A stretch of 64,000 nt of DNA from Dethiobacter alkaliphilus (GTDB lineage Bacteria; Bacillota; Dethiobacteria; DTU022; UBA8154), in NCBI GenBank assembly GCA_016841605.1, contig JAENYV010000009.1, positions 18,718-82,717 of the forward strand. Reading direction: 5' to 3'. The notes beneath the pieces were generated by a model. The model was not told where the DNA came from. It saw only the letters and a program-made list of their open reading frames with translations, and ran no database searches. Positions 9,408-19,106 of this stretch are shown one piece after another; position 1 is the stretch's first letter, and each line of letters starts with the position of its first letter. A program made the position numbers and the translations under genes.

Positions 9408-10427
9408 TTAAAATAAATTCATCATATAATCTGCAATTTGGTCCACTGGATTCTTTTTTACGACAATAATCTCAGCACGTGTCTGCAGGAGAATAATATT
9501 TTCGGGAAAAGGCAGATCATCGTCTACAGCCCATTCCACATCCTGAGGAACATTGAAGTTATCTTCCAAGGCTTTACCTAATTTAACAACTTCTTTAAGT
9601 TCAATATCACTTAAACAAAAAGCTAAACTTTTCTCTTCAGGAGTATCATCCGCAACTACTCCCTTTTCACTAGCCTTAATAAATTTATTTTTCTTACCGA
9701 GTGTTTTTTTAATAGGCTTTTCACTTTCCTTATCTACGATATATATATCCGGCATAACTTCACCACCTACCACACTCTCCCCTAATCCCCAATTCGCTTC
9801 AATAATCATAGTAGAAGTATCACCTGTATTAGGATCGGCTGTAAACATAACACCTGCACAACGGGCGTTTACCATCTTTAGCACAGCTACGCCAATTGGA
9901 TCGCTTTCTAATAGAAGGCCTTTTTGTGCCCTCATCGCTAGAGAACGAGAATTAAAAGAGCTTGCCCAGACTTTTTTGATTTTCTCCAGTAGCTCCGACT
10001 CACCCTTTACATTTAGGTATGTCTCATATTGCCCGGGGTGGCTTTTCGGACCTGCCGACCTTGTGGAAACAGGCACGTCGGGAGCCCCGCATCGCAGAGA
10101 TAAGTCTTTATAGTTTTCAAGAATTTCTTTTTTCATCTTCTCCGGCATTTCCTTCGCTTCGACGATCTGTCGTATCTCTTTGCTGGCATTATTAAATTGT
10201 TCAATAGTTTTAAGACCATCTTCAAATTTTTGCAGGTACTTCTTAATTTCTTCCAAAGCATTTGTTTTAATCATAAATTCCCTATATGCATCTACAGAAA
10301 GCGCAAATCCGGGAGGAATAGGAAGCCCTATTTTACTTATTGCTCCAATGTTTGCGCACTTTCTACCAACTATATCCCCATGTTCTTCTCCTAACTCTTC
10401 CATCCAATACAAAATTTTCTCTCCCAT
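9408..10427 (-). CDS. PPDK_N (PEP-synthase N-terminal ATP-grasp nucleotide-binding) domain protein; ATP-binding half of the split kinase
   Basis: GRKCANIGAISKIGLPIPPGFALSVDAYREFM resembles the PEP-synthase N-terminal signature; start reassigned to the ATG at 10427 (SD aaaaaaggagga), not the track's upstream TTG extension. Confidence 0.75.
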   Translation of the reverse strand: MGEKILYWMEELGEEHGDIVGRKCANIGAISKIGLPIPPGFALSVDAYREFMIKTNALEEIKKYLQKFEDGLKTIEQFNNASKEIRQIVEAKEMPEKMKKEILENYKDLSLRCGAPDVPVSTRSAGPKSHPGQYETYLNVKGESELLEKIKKVWASSFNSRSLAMRAQKGLLLESDPIGVAVLKMVNARCAGVMFTADPNTGDTSTMIIEANWGLGESVVGGEVMPDIYIVDKESEKPIKKTLGKKNKFIKASEKGVVADDTPEEKSLAFCLSDIELKEVVKLGKALEDNFNVPQDVEWAVDDDLPFPENIILLQTRAEIIVVKKNPVDQIADYMMNLF

Positions 10428-10608
10428 TTTTATCCTCCTTTTTTCTAAAAAGTAAGATATAACAATTAATTTTTGAGACATTTTATTCAATAAAGCTATA
10501 CTTAATAGTAGCAATTATTATTTTAATCAGCAATATTTTACTTCTACAATATTATTGATAAAATAACATCATGACTTAAACAATATGAAATATACGGGAG
10601 TATGTTTT

Positions 10609-11979
10609 TTATGCATAGTTACTCCTTAGCGCATTGGCAGCCAACATCTCGTCTACGTCTCGATTCGTCATAGAAAAGCGCAAAAGAAACTCCTCATCAG
10701 ATACATTATCGCCAATCCCCATTTGTTTGCGAATCTCTTTTACTGAAGGTTGCTCAAATTCTTTATTAAGAAAGTCCTTTGCCCGGGGAAGACTGGTTAT
10801 TTTATCAAGTACATTGGGCTCTATCGGCATATTGTGTCCACCAAACCAACCTGCCACATATTGAAATATGCTATCAGAAACCTGTTTGTAACGTTCACCG
10901 GATATAACGTTCATAGTAGCTTGAGTACCCACAAACTGTGAAAATGGAGTAACCATAATAGGATATCCCAGTTCTTGCCGCACTTGAGCGACTTCTTCCA
11001 GAACCTCTTCTAAGCGATGACCCATCTTTACTTCCGAAAGATGGCGTTTAAGAGTTGTAAGCATCCCACCGGGAACCTGATGCTTGTAATAAGAAAGGTC
11101 ATGTTCTACCGGCATTCCGGAAGGGCGCCCTTCCTTTTCGGCAATCGTTTTAAAGTAAATCGACATTTCGTCTAAGACTTCTTTATTACACTTGACCTTA
11201 TATCCCATATGAGTAGCATTATGCATAATATTCAGCGCTGACGGCAAAGAAGAACCATATGCCAGGGGGGGAACAGCTACATGAAAGGTTTTGACACCAA
11301 GTTTCATCGCTTCTAAATAGCAAAGGGGAGCCAACCCGGTATTGCAATGTGAGTGGATTTCAAGGGGAAGTTTGCCGATATTCTGTTGAATTACAGGTAT
11401 TAGAGTCTTGACACGATCGACTGTAAGCAACCCTCCTGAGTCTTTGAGGTAAACAATATCGACATCAGGACAACCAGCTACCTGTTTTGCTTTTTCGGCA
11501 AAAAATTCATCCGTATGCACAGGACTAATGGAGAACGGCAGCGCTATCATAACCTCATCAATGCCGGCTTCTTTAGCCATTCGAGCTGTACGGAAAATAA
11601 GGTTCATATCATATGCGGCGTCCAATATCCAGACGCGCCTTATTCCACAAGTTTTAACCGTTTTGAGTACCAATTCCTGGATCGATTCAGGAATGCGACC
11701 AAAACCGATGAAGCGCCTTCCGGTTGTTCCAAAACTTAAGATAGTGTTAGGCATTGCCTTGGCGCATATCCTGATCATTTCCCAAGGGTTTTCCTTATGA
11801 AAGTGTACCAGTACTCCCATATTAATACTTGAGGCAAAATCTATTGCCCTAAAACCAACCCTGTCTATTACCGGAGCAATAGGGAGAATCATACCGGTTT
11901 TAAGTCCCGTAGCATCCCACAAACTTTGATTGCCGTCTCGTATTGTTGTATCAACTAAACAAATCTCATCTCTGCTCAC
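10609..11979 (-). CDS. Carboxyltransferase, pyruvate-carboxylase 5S / oxaloacetate-decarboxylase-alpha-like TIM barrel, no biotinyl domain
   Basis: 456 aa; DTTIRDGNQSLW, carbamyl-lysine-like YLKDSGGLL and an HxH motif (EIHSHCNTG); GTG start with SD aaggaggt. Confidence 0.7.
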   Translation of the reverse strand: MSRDEICLVDTTIRDGNQSLWDATGLKTGMILPIAPVIDRVGFRAIDFASSINMGVLVHFHKENPWEMIRICAKAMPNTILSFGTTGRRFIGFGRIPESIQELVLKTVKTCGIRRVWILDAAYDMNLIFRTARMAKEAGIDEVMIALPFSISPVHTDEFFAEKAKQVAGCPDVDIVYLKDSGGLLTVDRVKTLIPVIQQNIGKLPLEIHSHCNTGLAPLCYLEAMKLGVKTFHVAVPPLAYGSSLPSALNIMHNATHMGYKVKCNKEVLDEMSIYFKTIAEKEGRPSGMPVEHDLSYYKHQVPGGMLTTLKRHLSEVKMGHRLEEVLEEVAQVRQELGYPIMVTPFSQFVGTQATMNVISGERYKQVSDSIFQYVAGWFGGHNMPIEPNVLDKITSLPRAKDFLNKEFEQPSVKEIRKQMGIGDNVSDEEFLLRFSMTNRDVDEMLAANALRSNYA

Positions 11980-12034
11980 GAAAAACTACCTCCTTTTTAA
12001 GCGGCCTTGCATCTTTGAAAGTAATTTTTAGCCT

Positions 12035-13294
12035 TTACTGATCAGACGGACCCTTCTTTGCTGAGGCTTTTCCGACTACTTCGTTAAAAGCGGTAACTAT
12101 TGCTTTGGCAAAAGCCTGAGAATCAATATTCTCTTCAACCTCGACCACTTCAACCTCTGCCTTCAGATTCTTTTTAAGAATATCAACAAACAGCTGAATA
12201 GAGTGCCGATCGTACAGGCTACTTCCTTCCTTTTCAATAGAGAGCCACCCTTTCATGGGGACAAGAAACTTTGTTGGACCTACTGCTTTGTTTAATTTTT
12301 CTGCGTATAATAAAGTAATATCCTCTAATTCCTGAATATTTAAATATACAGTTACCCTTCGATCATCCATAAAATTGTGTTTACGCTTCGCAAGCTCAGG
12401 AGCTAGTTCCTCAGGAGTAAATCCCACTCGGGATAGTGTATTGACCCCAGCAGGAGCTATTACTTGTGGAATACCTTTCTCCCCGGCTACCTCCAGCCTT
12501 CTCGACCAAGAAGTCCGGGAGCCCCCAAATTTTTGGTTAGTTATACTGGAAGGAACCAGGTCAATAACACCACAGAAATAACCGTCCTCAATTAGTTTTT
12601 CCATGGCTATTTCCGGAGTACCGGCGGCATGAAAACGTATAAGCTCATATTTTTCAGAGAGTGCATCACTTATGAATCGGGCACAGTTATCCACATATCC
12701 AAAGACTGACATGGCGACCATAGGTAAATCATTACCGGACTTAAGGTTGGAAATTTCGCCGTCAACCATACCGCTAATAGCCCCCGCCGCCCTATTTAGC
12801 TGAGCTTTTAGCAGGAAATTAAGGCCTCCAATGTCGATTAGAGAGTGCATCAAGGTTATCCCTGAAGTACCGAAGACTCTATGAGAACCCGGCATAGAAG
12901 CTCCACTTGAGACAATAAGCTTAGGTATGCTAAAGGGCATATTCTCCATTATCTCCGAAGTCATGATCATACTGCTCATTCCTCCAATGGACATCATCCC
13001 TTCTACCTCTCCATTACGACAGAGCTCATCCAATTTTTCCGCTGCCCCTTTTATCATTATCTCTGTTACTTTTTGCCTCTCCTGCGAATTCCTCAAACTT
13101 TCTACTTGTACTCCGGCGGTATGAGCTACTTCTTTCGCAGTAATATCTGCTTTTAGTCTGGGCTCTCCCCCGGTACCGATATCAATAATGAGTGGATGAT
13201 GACCTCTCCTAATTATTAGTTCCTTAAGGTAGCCCATCTCTTCTCCTTTGGTATCCAGCGTCCCGATTAGGACTATATGCTTTTTGCCAGGCAC
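12035..13294 (-). CDS. UPF0261 / Tm-1-like family protein
   Basis: 419 aa; N-terminus (M)PGKKHIVLIGTLDTKGEEMGYL typical of UPF0261; GTG start with SD aaaggag. Confidence 0.5.
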   Translation of the reverse strand: MPGKKHIVLIGTLDTKGEEMGYLKELIIRRGHHPLIIDIGTGGEPRLKADITAKEVAHTAGVQVESLRNSQERQKVTEIMIKGAAEKLDELCRNGEVEGMMSIGGMSSMIMTSEIMENMPFSIPKLIVSSGASMPGSHRVFGTSGITLMHSLIDIGGLNFLLKAQLNRAAGAISGMVDGEISNLKSGNDLPMVAMSVFGYVDNCARFISDALSEKYELIRFHAAGTPEIAMEKLIEDGYFCGVIDLVPSSITNQKFGGSRTSWSRRLEVAGEKGIPQVIAPAGVNTLSRVGFTPEELAPELAKRKHNFMDDRRVTVYLNIQELEDITLLYAEKLNKAVGPTKFLVPMKGWLSIEKEGSSLYDRHSIQLFVDILKKNLKAEVEVVEVEENIDSQAFAKAIVTAFNEVVGKASAKKGPSDQ

Positions 13295-13321
13295 TTTTAT
13301 TTACTCCTTTCTTAACTTTCC

Positions 13322-13465
13322 TTAGCTATTATGGATATGTTCTTTTTATCGGTCCGGCTGCCAACATTTCATCAACATCTTTGTCGGTCATGGAATAACG
13401 CAGAAGAAACTCCTCATCGGAAACTTTAGGGGCGATACCTATTTGTTTGCGAATCTCGCTTACCT
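13322..13465 (-). pseudogene. 3'-terminal remnant (48 codons) of a paralogous 5S-like carboxyltransferase gene
   Basis: Translates VSEIRKQIGIAPKVSDEEFLLRYSMTDKDVDEMLAAGPIKRTYP*, aligning with the C-terminus of the 10609..11979 product (…VKEIRKQMGIGDNVSDEEFLLRFSMTNRDVDEMLAANALRSNYA); upstream it breaks into AT-rich non-coding DNA. Confidence 0.7.
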
Positions 13466-13621
13466 ATTAAAAATAATATTTTAAAACTTATAAATATTAT
13501 AATTATGAGAACAATGTATAAACAATATATTTTCTTCACATTTTTTTTAACATTCGTTGTATGTTTTTCACTACGGTAATTAATAAATTCATTTTCCCAT
13601 TGTGTATTACTTACTCAACAA

Positions 13622-13665
13622 TAGAAAAAGATCCAAATCCTTAAAAACGGATTTGGATCTTTTTC
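13622..13665 (-). terminator. Rho-independent terminator (bidirectional hairpin) downstream of the HD-domain gene
   Basis: aaagatccaaatcc-ttaaaaac-ggatttggatcttt stem-loop with T-runs on both strands. Confidence 0.6.
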
Positions 13666-13694
13666 TTAAATTAAAGCCGTTAAAACCTCGTGCT

Positions 13695-14270
13695 CTACTT
13701 CTTTATAAACTTCGAACTTATTTTTTCCAGTCCTTCCGTTGCCATCACTTTGGCGTAATCCGTATATAACCACTGTTCTTTATTATCACGGAGATATTCC
13801 CAGTACTTCTGAGGTTGCATCTTAAAACGTCGGTTGTCTATATCAAACCCCCGTGGATTAAAGCGAAAAAGCTTATCTGCATCTTTAACCAGTTTCTCTT
13901 CAAGATTGCTGGGATTATTTCCTGAATCATGCGTTTCAATTATACGGCATATTTCCAGACGGTCTTTCTGCTCAAAAGAGATCCGGCATAAAATGGACGC
14001 AGCAATTTTCGCTCCTTCCACTTCATGGATACGGTTTAATTCTTTATCGGGATTACCAGGACCAAAAGCCATGTTAATTTTTTCTTCCGGTAGAGCGCTC
14101 CATCCCACATCATGTAAAAGGATCGCGGGAAGCACAACTTCCTCCCTGCCACCGTAAAACTTCAGTAATTTGACGGCATAATCGAAACATATCTCTGTAT
14201 GAACTCGATTTTCCCGTACAGCTAAGTAGGGAGCCGCCAGCTCAAATATTTCCTGATATAATTCTTTCAT
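13695..14270 (-). CDS. HD-domain phosphohydrolase
   Basis: LLHDVGW HD motif; start moved to the internal ATG (MKELYQEIF...) with SD aaaaaggaggagg. Confidence 0.6.
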   Translation of the reverse strand: MKELYQEIFELAAPYLAVRENRVHTEICFDYAVKLLKFYGGREEVVLPAILLHDVGWSALPEEKINMAFGPGNPDKELNRIHEVEGAKIAASILCRISFEQKDRLEICRIIETHDSGNNPSNLEEKLVKDADKLFRFNPRGFDIDNRRFKMQPQKYWEYLRDNKEQWLYTDYAKVMATEGLEKISSKFIKK

Positions 14271-14454
14271 AAGTTCTCTTCCTCCTCCTTTTTCTCTCAA
14301 TACAATTATAATCTTACAAATATTAATGCGATTTAGCAAGTTTTATTTTTTCTTTACCCGTTTAGGTAAATTGATCGAAAAAAAACCATCCCTTTTTTAC
14401 AGGGATGATCTTTAATTCTCTTCCGCATTTTAGAACAAAATCTAATTTTTCACT

Positions 14455-16011
14455 TTAAATCATACGAAGTTTAAATCTTTGAACTTTTCCACTCGCAGTA
14501 CGCGGCAAATCGTTCATAAATTTGAACCATTTCGGGCATTTGTAATGAGCGGTTTTACTGCGTACAAAGTCCTTTAACTCTTGTTCAAGTTGAAGAGACG
14601 GCTCACAACCTTTATTAAGTACTACAAAGGCTAGAGGCTTCTCTAAATTTGATGAATCAGGTGCCCCAATAACTGCACAATCCAACACTGCATGATGTTC
14701 CAGTAGTATTCCTTCGATTTCTAAAGGAGAAACCCAAATACCACCTGATTTGAGCATATCATCGGCACGACCTGCATACCAATAAAAACCCTCATCATCC
14801 ATATAGAACTTGTCACCGGTATTAAACCACTCACCCAAAATATTTTGCTTTGATTTTTCATGGTTGTTCCAGTAGTAGGGTGTGGTACCATCGTTTTTTA
14901 CCCAGAGGGTGCCAATCTCTCCTAACGGAACTTCCTTATTGTCTTCATCAAGGAGTTTTCCCTCGAAACCTGGGAGAAGAAGACCACTACTTCCGGGCTT
15001 TACCTTCCCCGGCAAATTGGAAATGTAGATAACACCCGTATCAGTTGAACCGACACCATTAATAATATCCATACCGAATTTTTCCTTCCAGCGGTCAAAA
15101 ATTGCTTTGGGAAGGGCTTCCCCCGCAGAGATGCACAGGCGCAAAGAGGAAAAGTCAAATTCCTTTTCACTGCTTTCCAGTAGGCTAAGTATACCCGCGT
15201 AGGAAGTGGGGATACTGAAAAAAATTGTCGGTTTATACTTAGTAATAATCTCAACCAGTTTTTCCGGCTTCGGCATCTCCGATTCCAGAATTACCGCTGC
15301 ATTGCATAAAAAGGTCGTTTCGATTGAATTTTCCCTGCCATAAGAGAAGTACATCTTGGAGGCGGAAAAAAGAATATCGTCATCCCGGACCTGGAGCACC
15401 TCTCTGCAATAAGGGGGCAAATAAAAGAGCAGGTCGTGATGGAGATGGACAACCCCCTTGGGTGTACCGGTAGTACCGGAACTGTACATCCAGAAACACA
15501 TGTCATCCTTTGAAGTAAGGACGACTTCCAGGGAATCTGCTGCACCCTCGATCAGTTCCTCAAAGCTCAACTGTCCCGATTCGGGCTTACCAAGGACAAT
15601 AAAATACTTCAGGTACCTCAGATCTTCTTTTACCTCTTTTATTTTTTCTGCTATCTCTTGTGTGGTAACAAGAACCTTAGCACGGCTGTCGTTTAAATAA
15701 AAACGGTAATCTGACGGCAACGCCATCGTACTTACCGGTACTGGAACCGCCCCAATTCTCATCGCACCAAAATATACGTACAAGAATTCAGGACAATCAG
15801 GGAGAGAGAACATAACACGGTTTTCCTGCTCTACACCAAGTTCGTGCAAAACATTGCCAACGCGGTTAGCATAACTAATTAACTCCGCATAAGTAATTTT
15901 CTTTTCCTTATAGTAGACTGCTACTTTTTCCCCTCTGCCTTCCTCAATATGTCGATCCAGCAAAAAAGCTCCCAAGTTAAACTCCTGTGTAATTTCAGGC
16001 ACTCTTATCAT
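14455..16011 (-). CDS. AMP-dependent CoA ligase (aryl/acyl-CoA synthetase family)
   Basis: 518 aa; YSSGTTGTPKGV AMP-binding motif; SD ggaggag. Confidence 0.85.
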   Translation of the reverse strand: MIRVPEITQEFNLGAFLLDRHIEEGRGEKVAVYYKEKKITYAELISYANRVGNVLHELGVEQENRVMFSLPDCPEFLYVYFGAMRIGAVPVPVSTMALPSDYRFYLNDSRAKVLVTTQEIAEKIKEVKEDLRYLKYFIVLGKPESGQLSFEELIEGAADSLEVVLTSKDDMCFWMYSSGTTGTPKGVVHLHHDLLFYLPPYCREVLQVRDDDILFSASKMYFSYGRENSIETTFLCNAAVILESEMPKPEKLVEIITKYKPTIFFSIPTSYAGILSLLESSEKEFDFSSLRLCISAGEALPKAIFDRWKEKFGMDIINGVGSTDTGVIYISNLPGKVKPGSSGLLLPGFEGKLLDEDNKEVPLGEIGTLWVKNDGTTPYYWNNHEKSKQNILGEWFNTGDKFYMDDEGFYWYAGRADDMLKSGGIWVSPLEIEGILLEHHAVLDCAVIGAPDSSNLEKPLAFVVLNKGCEPSLQLEQELKDFVRSKTAHYKCPKWFKFMNDLPRTASGKVQRFKLRMI

Positions 16012-16029
16012 AACGTTTCTCCTCCTAAC

Positions 16030-17343
16030 TTAAAATTTTGCATAGTTCGGCAAAAACAATGCTATCTTTGGGAATAGAATCACTAATAGCGACGTAATTA
16101 TGAGAGAAAGTATGAAGGGATAGATGCCTTTAAAGATATGCTCCAGGGGTATCTGCGGCGCTATACCCTTAACTACATAAACATTACTGCCTACAGGTGG
16201 TGTTATTACGCCTAACTGTGCAACCAGCACGATAACTACTCCAAACCAGATAGGGTCCAAACCGAGGTGGAGGATAACCGGGTAGAGGACGGGGACAAGA
16301 AGAGTAATAAGGGCCATAGAATCAATGAAACATCCGCCTAATATAAATATTATGACGATAATTACAGATATAGTAGTTGCCGAAAAGGGAAGTGATTCAA
16401 CCCAATCTGCGATAATAAACGGAATGGTTGTTACAGCCATAAATTTGCCGAAAATAGTAGCTCCGGTAATAAGGCAGATAATCATAGCGGCCGTCCGCAA
16501 ACCATCTTTGATAAAATAAGCGAACCTGGGCCATGTTATCTGGCGATGCACCAATCCTATTATTATCGTCGCAAATGCCCCAATACCGGCCCCTTCAACC
16601 GGACTAAACCACCCAAGGAACATTCCCCCAATGACCAGAAGGAAAATAATAACAGCATCAGATATGCCAAGCAATGATTTTAGTTTTTGCCTCCAGCTTC
16701 TGCGTTCGCCCGGCGGTCCCATAATGGGGTTAAAACGACAAATAAGATGAACTGTGAGGGCAAACAGCAGGGCTAAGATCAAGCCCGGGAAAATCCCTGC
16801 CACAAAAAGTTTTCCGATAGACTGTTCTGTAAGAAAGCCATAGACAATAAAAACGGTACTGGGAGGTATAAGAATACCGAGGGTGCCGCCTGAAGCAACA
16901 ACTCCTGCAGCCAGAGTATCATGATAATTATATTTCTTCATTTCAGGAAGCGCTATTCTACCCATTGTAGCTGCCGTAGCATTTGTAGAACCGCAAATTG
17001 CAGCAAAACCTGAACACCCTATAATAGTAGCAATACCCAAACCACCCCTTAGATCACCAACTACTTTGTAGGCACTATCATAAAGCCTTTCACCAATACC
17101 GGCGATAAAAGCAAAAGAGCCCATCAGTACAAACATCGTAATAGCACAAAGGGAATAATTATAAAACTGCCCCAAAAATTCCCGCGCCAACATGGCTGTT
17201 CCCGCCGACCACGATGTTATATAACAAAACCCTACCAAACCCACAAAGGCCATGGCAAAAGCTATGTGCATCCTCAGAAAAAAGAGAACAAGAAGCAGAA
17301 CTATCCCCGCAATACCGACTTCAATTGGACTCATTTTTTGCAC
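16030..17343 (-). CDS. dctM: TRAP transporter large permease (DctM family)
   Basis: 437 aa, polytopic membrane protein with DctM-type N-terminus. Confidence 0.8.
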   Translation of the reverse strand: MQKMSPIEVGIAGIVLLLVLFFLRMHIAFAMAFVGLVGFCYITSWSAGTAMLAREFLGQFYNYSLCAITMFVLMGSFAFIAGIGERLYDSAYKVVGDLRGGLGIATIIGCSGFAAICGSTNATAATMGRIALPEMKKYNYHDTLAAGVVASGGTLGILIPPSTVFIVYGFLTEQSIGKLFVAGIFPGLILALLFALTVHLICRFNPIMGPPGERRSWRQKLKSLLGISDAVIIFLLVIGGMFLGWFSPVEGAGIGAFATIIIGLVHRQITWPRFAYFIKDGLRTAAMIICLITGATIFGKFMAVTTIPFIIADWVESLPFSATTISVIIVIIFILGGCFIDSMALITLLVPVLYPVILHLGLDPIWFGVVIVLVAQLGVITPPVGSNVYVVKGIAPQIPLEHIFKGIYPFILSLIITSLLVILFPKIALFLPNYAKF

Positions 17344-17821
17344 CTCTTCCTGTTGCGAATAAGGTAATAATTTCGTTCAAAAAGAAAAGTAATGCGGCAG
17401 CAGAACCAAAAGCAATAGCAAAAGCAAAAGGATAAAAGGGAATAAACGCCCCGGAACTTATCTCCCCCGCTTCTTTCAAAGAAATTCCATAAAAATAGCT
17501 CTTATAGCTAAGAATAGCAAAGAAAATCAATTCTAATACCAACATAGTCAAATTTATCCACTTTTGAGCGGAACCGGGCAAACGATCGACTACAAACTCA
17601 ACTGCAATATGTCGTTTATCCAACAGATCAATGGCAATTGCAAAGGATATTGCTACTATTTGAGCAAAACCTATCATTTCTGTCGCACCGCGGAGAGGCG
17701 CAAGAAACAACTTGGCACCGACTACATTTATAAATGTAACGGCTATCATGACCACAACTCCTGCAACGCCTATCCATTCAATCGTTTTAATGCATTTGTC
17801 AGAAAATACCTTAAATTTCAT
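17321..17821 (-). CDS. dctQ: TRAP transporter small permease (DctQ family)
   Basis: 166 aa, four hydrophobic segments; overlaps the dctM start. Confidence 0.7.
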   Translation of the reverse strand: MKFKVFSDKCIKTIEWIGVAGVVVMIAVTFINVVGAKLFLAPLRGATEMIGFAQIVAISFAIAIDLLDKRHIAVEFVVDRLPGSAQKWINLTMLVLELIFFAILSYKSYFYGISLKEAGEISSGAFIPFYPFAFAIAFGSAAALLFFLNEIITLFATGRGAKNESN

Positions 17822-17942
17822 TATACAGCATCCTTTTTAAAAAAATTCCGGAATATTAAAACTGCTATGTTTAATTCTTAATACACTCCGGGCCATCACT
17901 CTATCAGTGACGGCCCTTTGAATGCATTTAATAATCTCTATA

Positions 17943-19106
17943 TTAATACTCCTGGTAAACCTCAGGCGGACCCGTCTCAGATTTTATCCCGAGCTCAATC
18001 TGTTTCTTAAGCCAGTATTCGGTTCTTTCTTTAATAAAGTCCAACCATTCATTTATTTCATTTTCAGAATAACCATTAGACACCATGTTAGCCTTATAAT
18101 CATCAATAACCTTATCCGCTTTCTCCTTCCATATCGGAAGTTCTGCATCCGGTACTACATATATTTCAAAATTTTCATCAATAGCATATTGTTTTCCCAT
18201 AATTCCTATGTCATTCCACATTTTGGCAAGGTCATCTACGAACTCTTCTTCCACGTATTTATTAATTATCTCCTGAATATCTGCGGGCAGCTTGTTCCAG
18301 GTGTCTTTGTTCATTGTAATATAAAATGTGTAAACATTGCTGGTTTGCCATACCTCTGTTATATTATTAACAACCTCTCCATATTTGTAGGTCTGCATCG
18401 TTTCATAGGGAATTAACAATCCGTCAATTATGTTTTTTGCTAAGAAATCGTAAGCTTCAGGCATGGGTAATGCACGGGCTACTCCTCCCATTGATTCGAG
18501 AAGCTGCGCTATATATCCTGTACCCCTTAGAGTAAGACCTTTCAGATCATCAGGCTTTTTAATCGGAGTATTAATAGTTATAATATTATTAAGGCTTGAA
18601 GTAGTAAGTGTGAGGATATGGGTATCATCGAATTCCTGGGGCTTAAATTTATTATAAAAATCGGCAGCAACGTGATTTGCTACCCATCCATTTGGAAAAC
18701 CAATAGGAAGATCAAGAACCTGCGTTACTGGAAAACGCCCAAAGGTATAAGCTAAATTTGAATATCCAATATCTGCAATTCCTTCAACAACACCATCGTA
18801 CATTTTATCCGCAGCAAGTAACATACTTCCCGGAAAGAACTCAAATTTAACTCTTCCATCGGTAAGCCCCTCAATATCTTCAGCAAACTTTACAAGTGCT
18901 TTGCTCTGATAAGCTTCCCCAGGATTATAAGTAGCCATTCTAAGAGTTGTGACACTATCGGGAGCAGGCTTTGTATCCTCAGTATTCTCCGTATTACTTT
19001 GGCCGCCAACATCCCCCGCCGGTTGAGAGGCACATCCAGCGAACGCCACCATCACCAATAAACTCAGAATTAACAAACTTAAAACAAAAATTCTTTTAGC
19101 CATCAT
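17943..19106 (-). CDS. dctP: TRAP transporter solute-binding lipoprotein (DctP family)
   Basis: 387 aa; signal peptide + lipobox AFAGC; completes the P-Q-M gene order. Confidence 0.75.
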   Translation of the reverse strand: MMAKRIFVLSLLILSLLVMVAFAGCASQPAGDVGGQSNTENTEDTKPAPDSVTTLRMATYNPGEAYQSKALVKFAEDIEGLTDGRVKFEFFPGSMLLAADKMYDGVVEGIADIGYSNLAYTFGRFPVTQVLDLPIGFPNGWVANHVAADFYNKFKPQEFDDTHILTLTTSSLNNIITINTPIKKPDDLKGLTLRGTGYIAQLLESMGGVARALPMPEAYDFLAKNIIDGLLIPYETMQTYKYGEVVNNITEVWQTSNVYTFYITMNKDTWNKLPADIQEIINKYVEEEFVDDLAKMWNDIGIMGKQYAIDENFEIYVVPDAELPIWKEKADKVIDDYKANMVSNGYSENEINEWLDFIKERTEYWLKKQIELGIKSETGPPEVYQEY

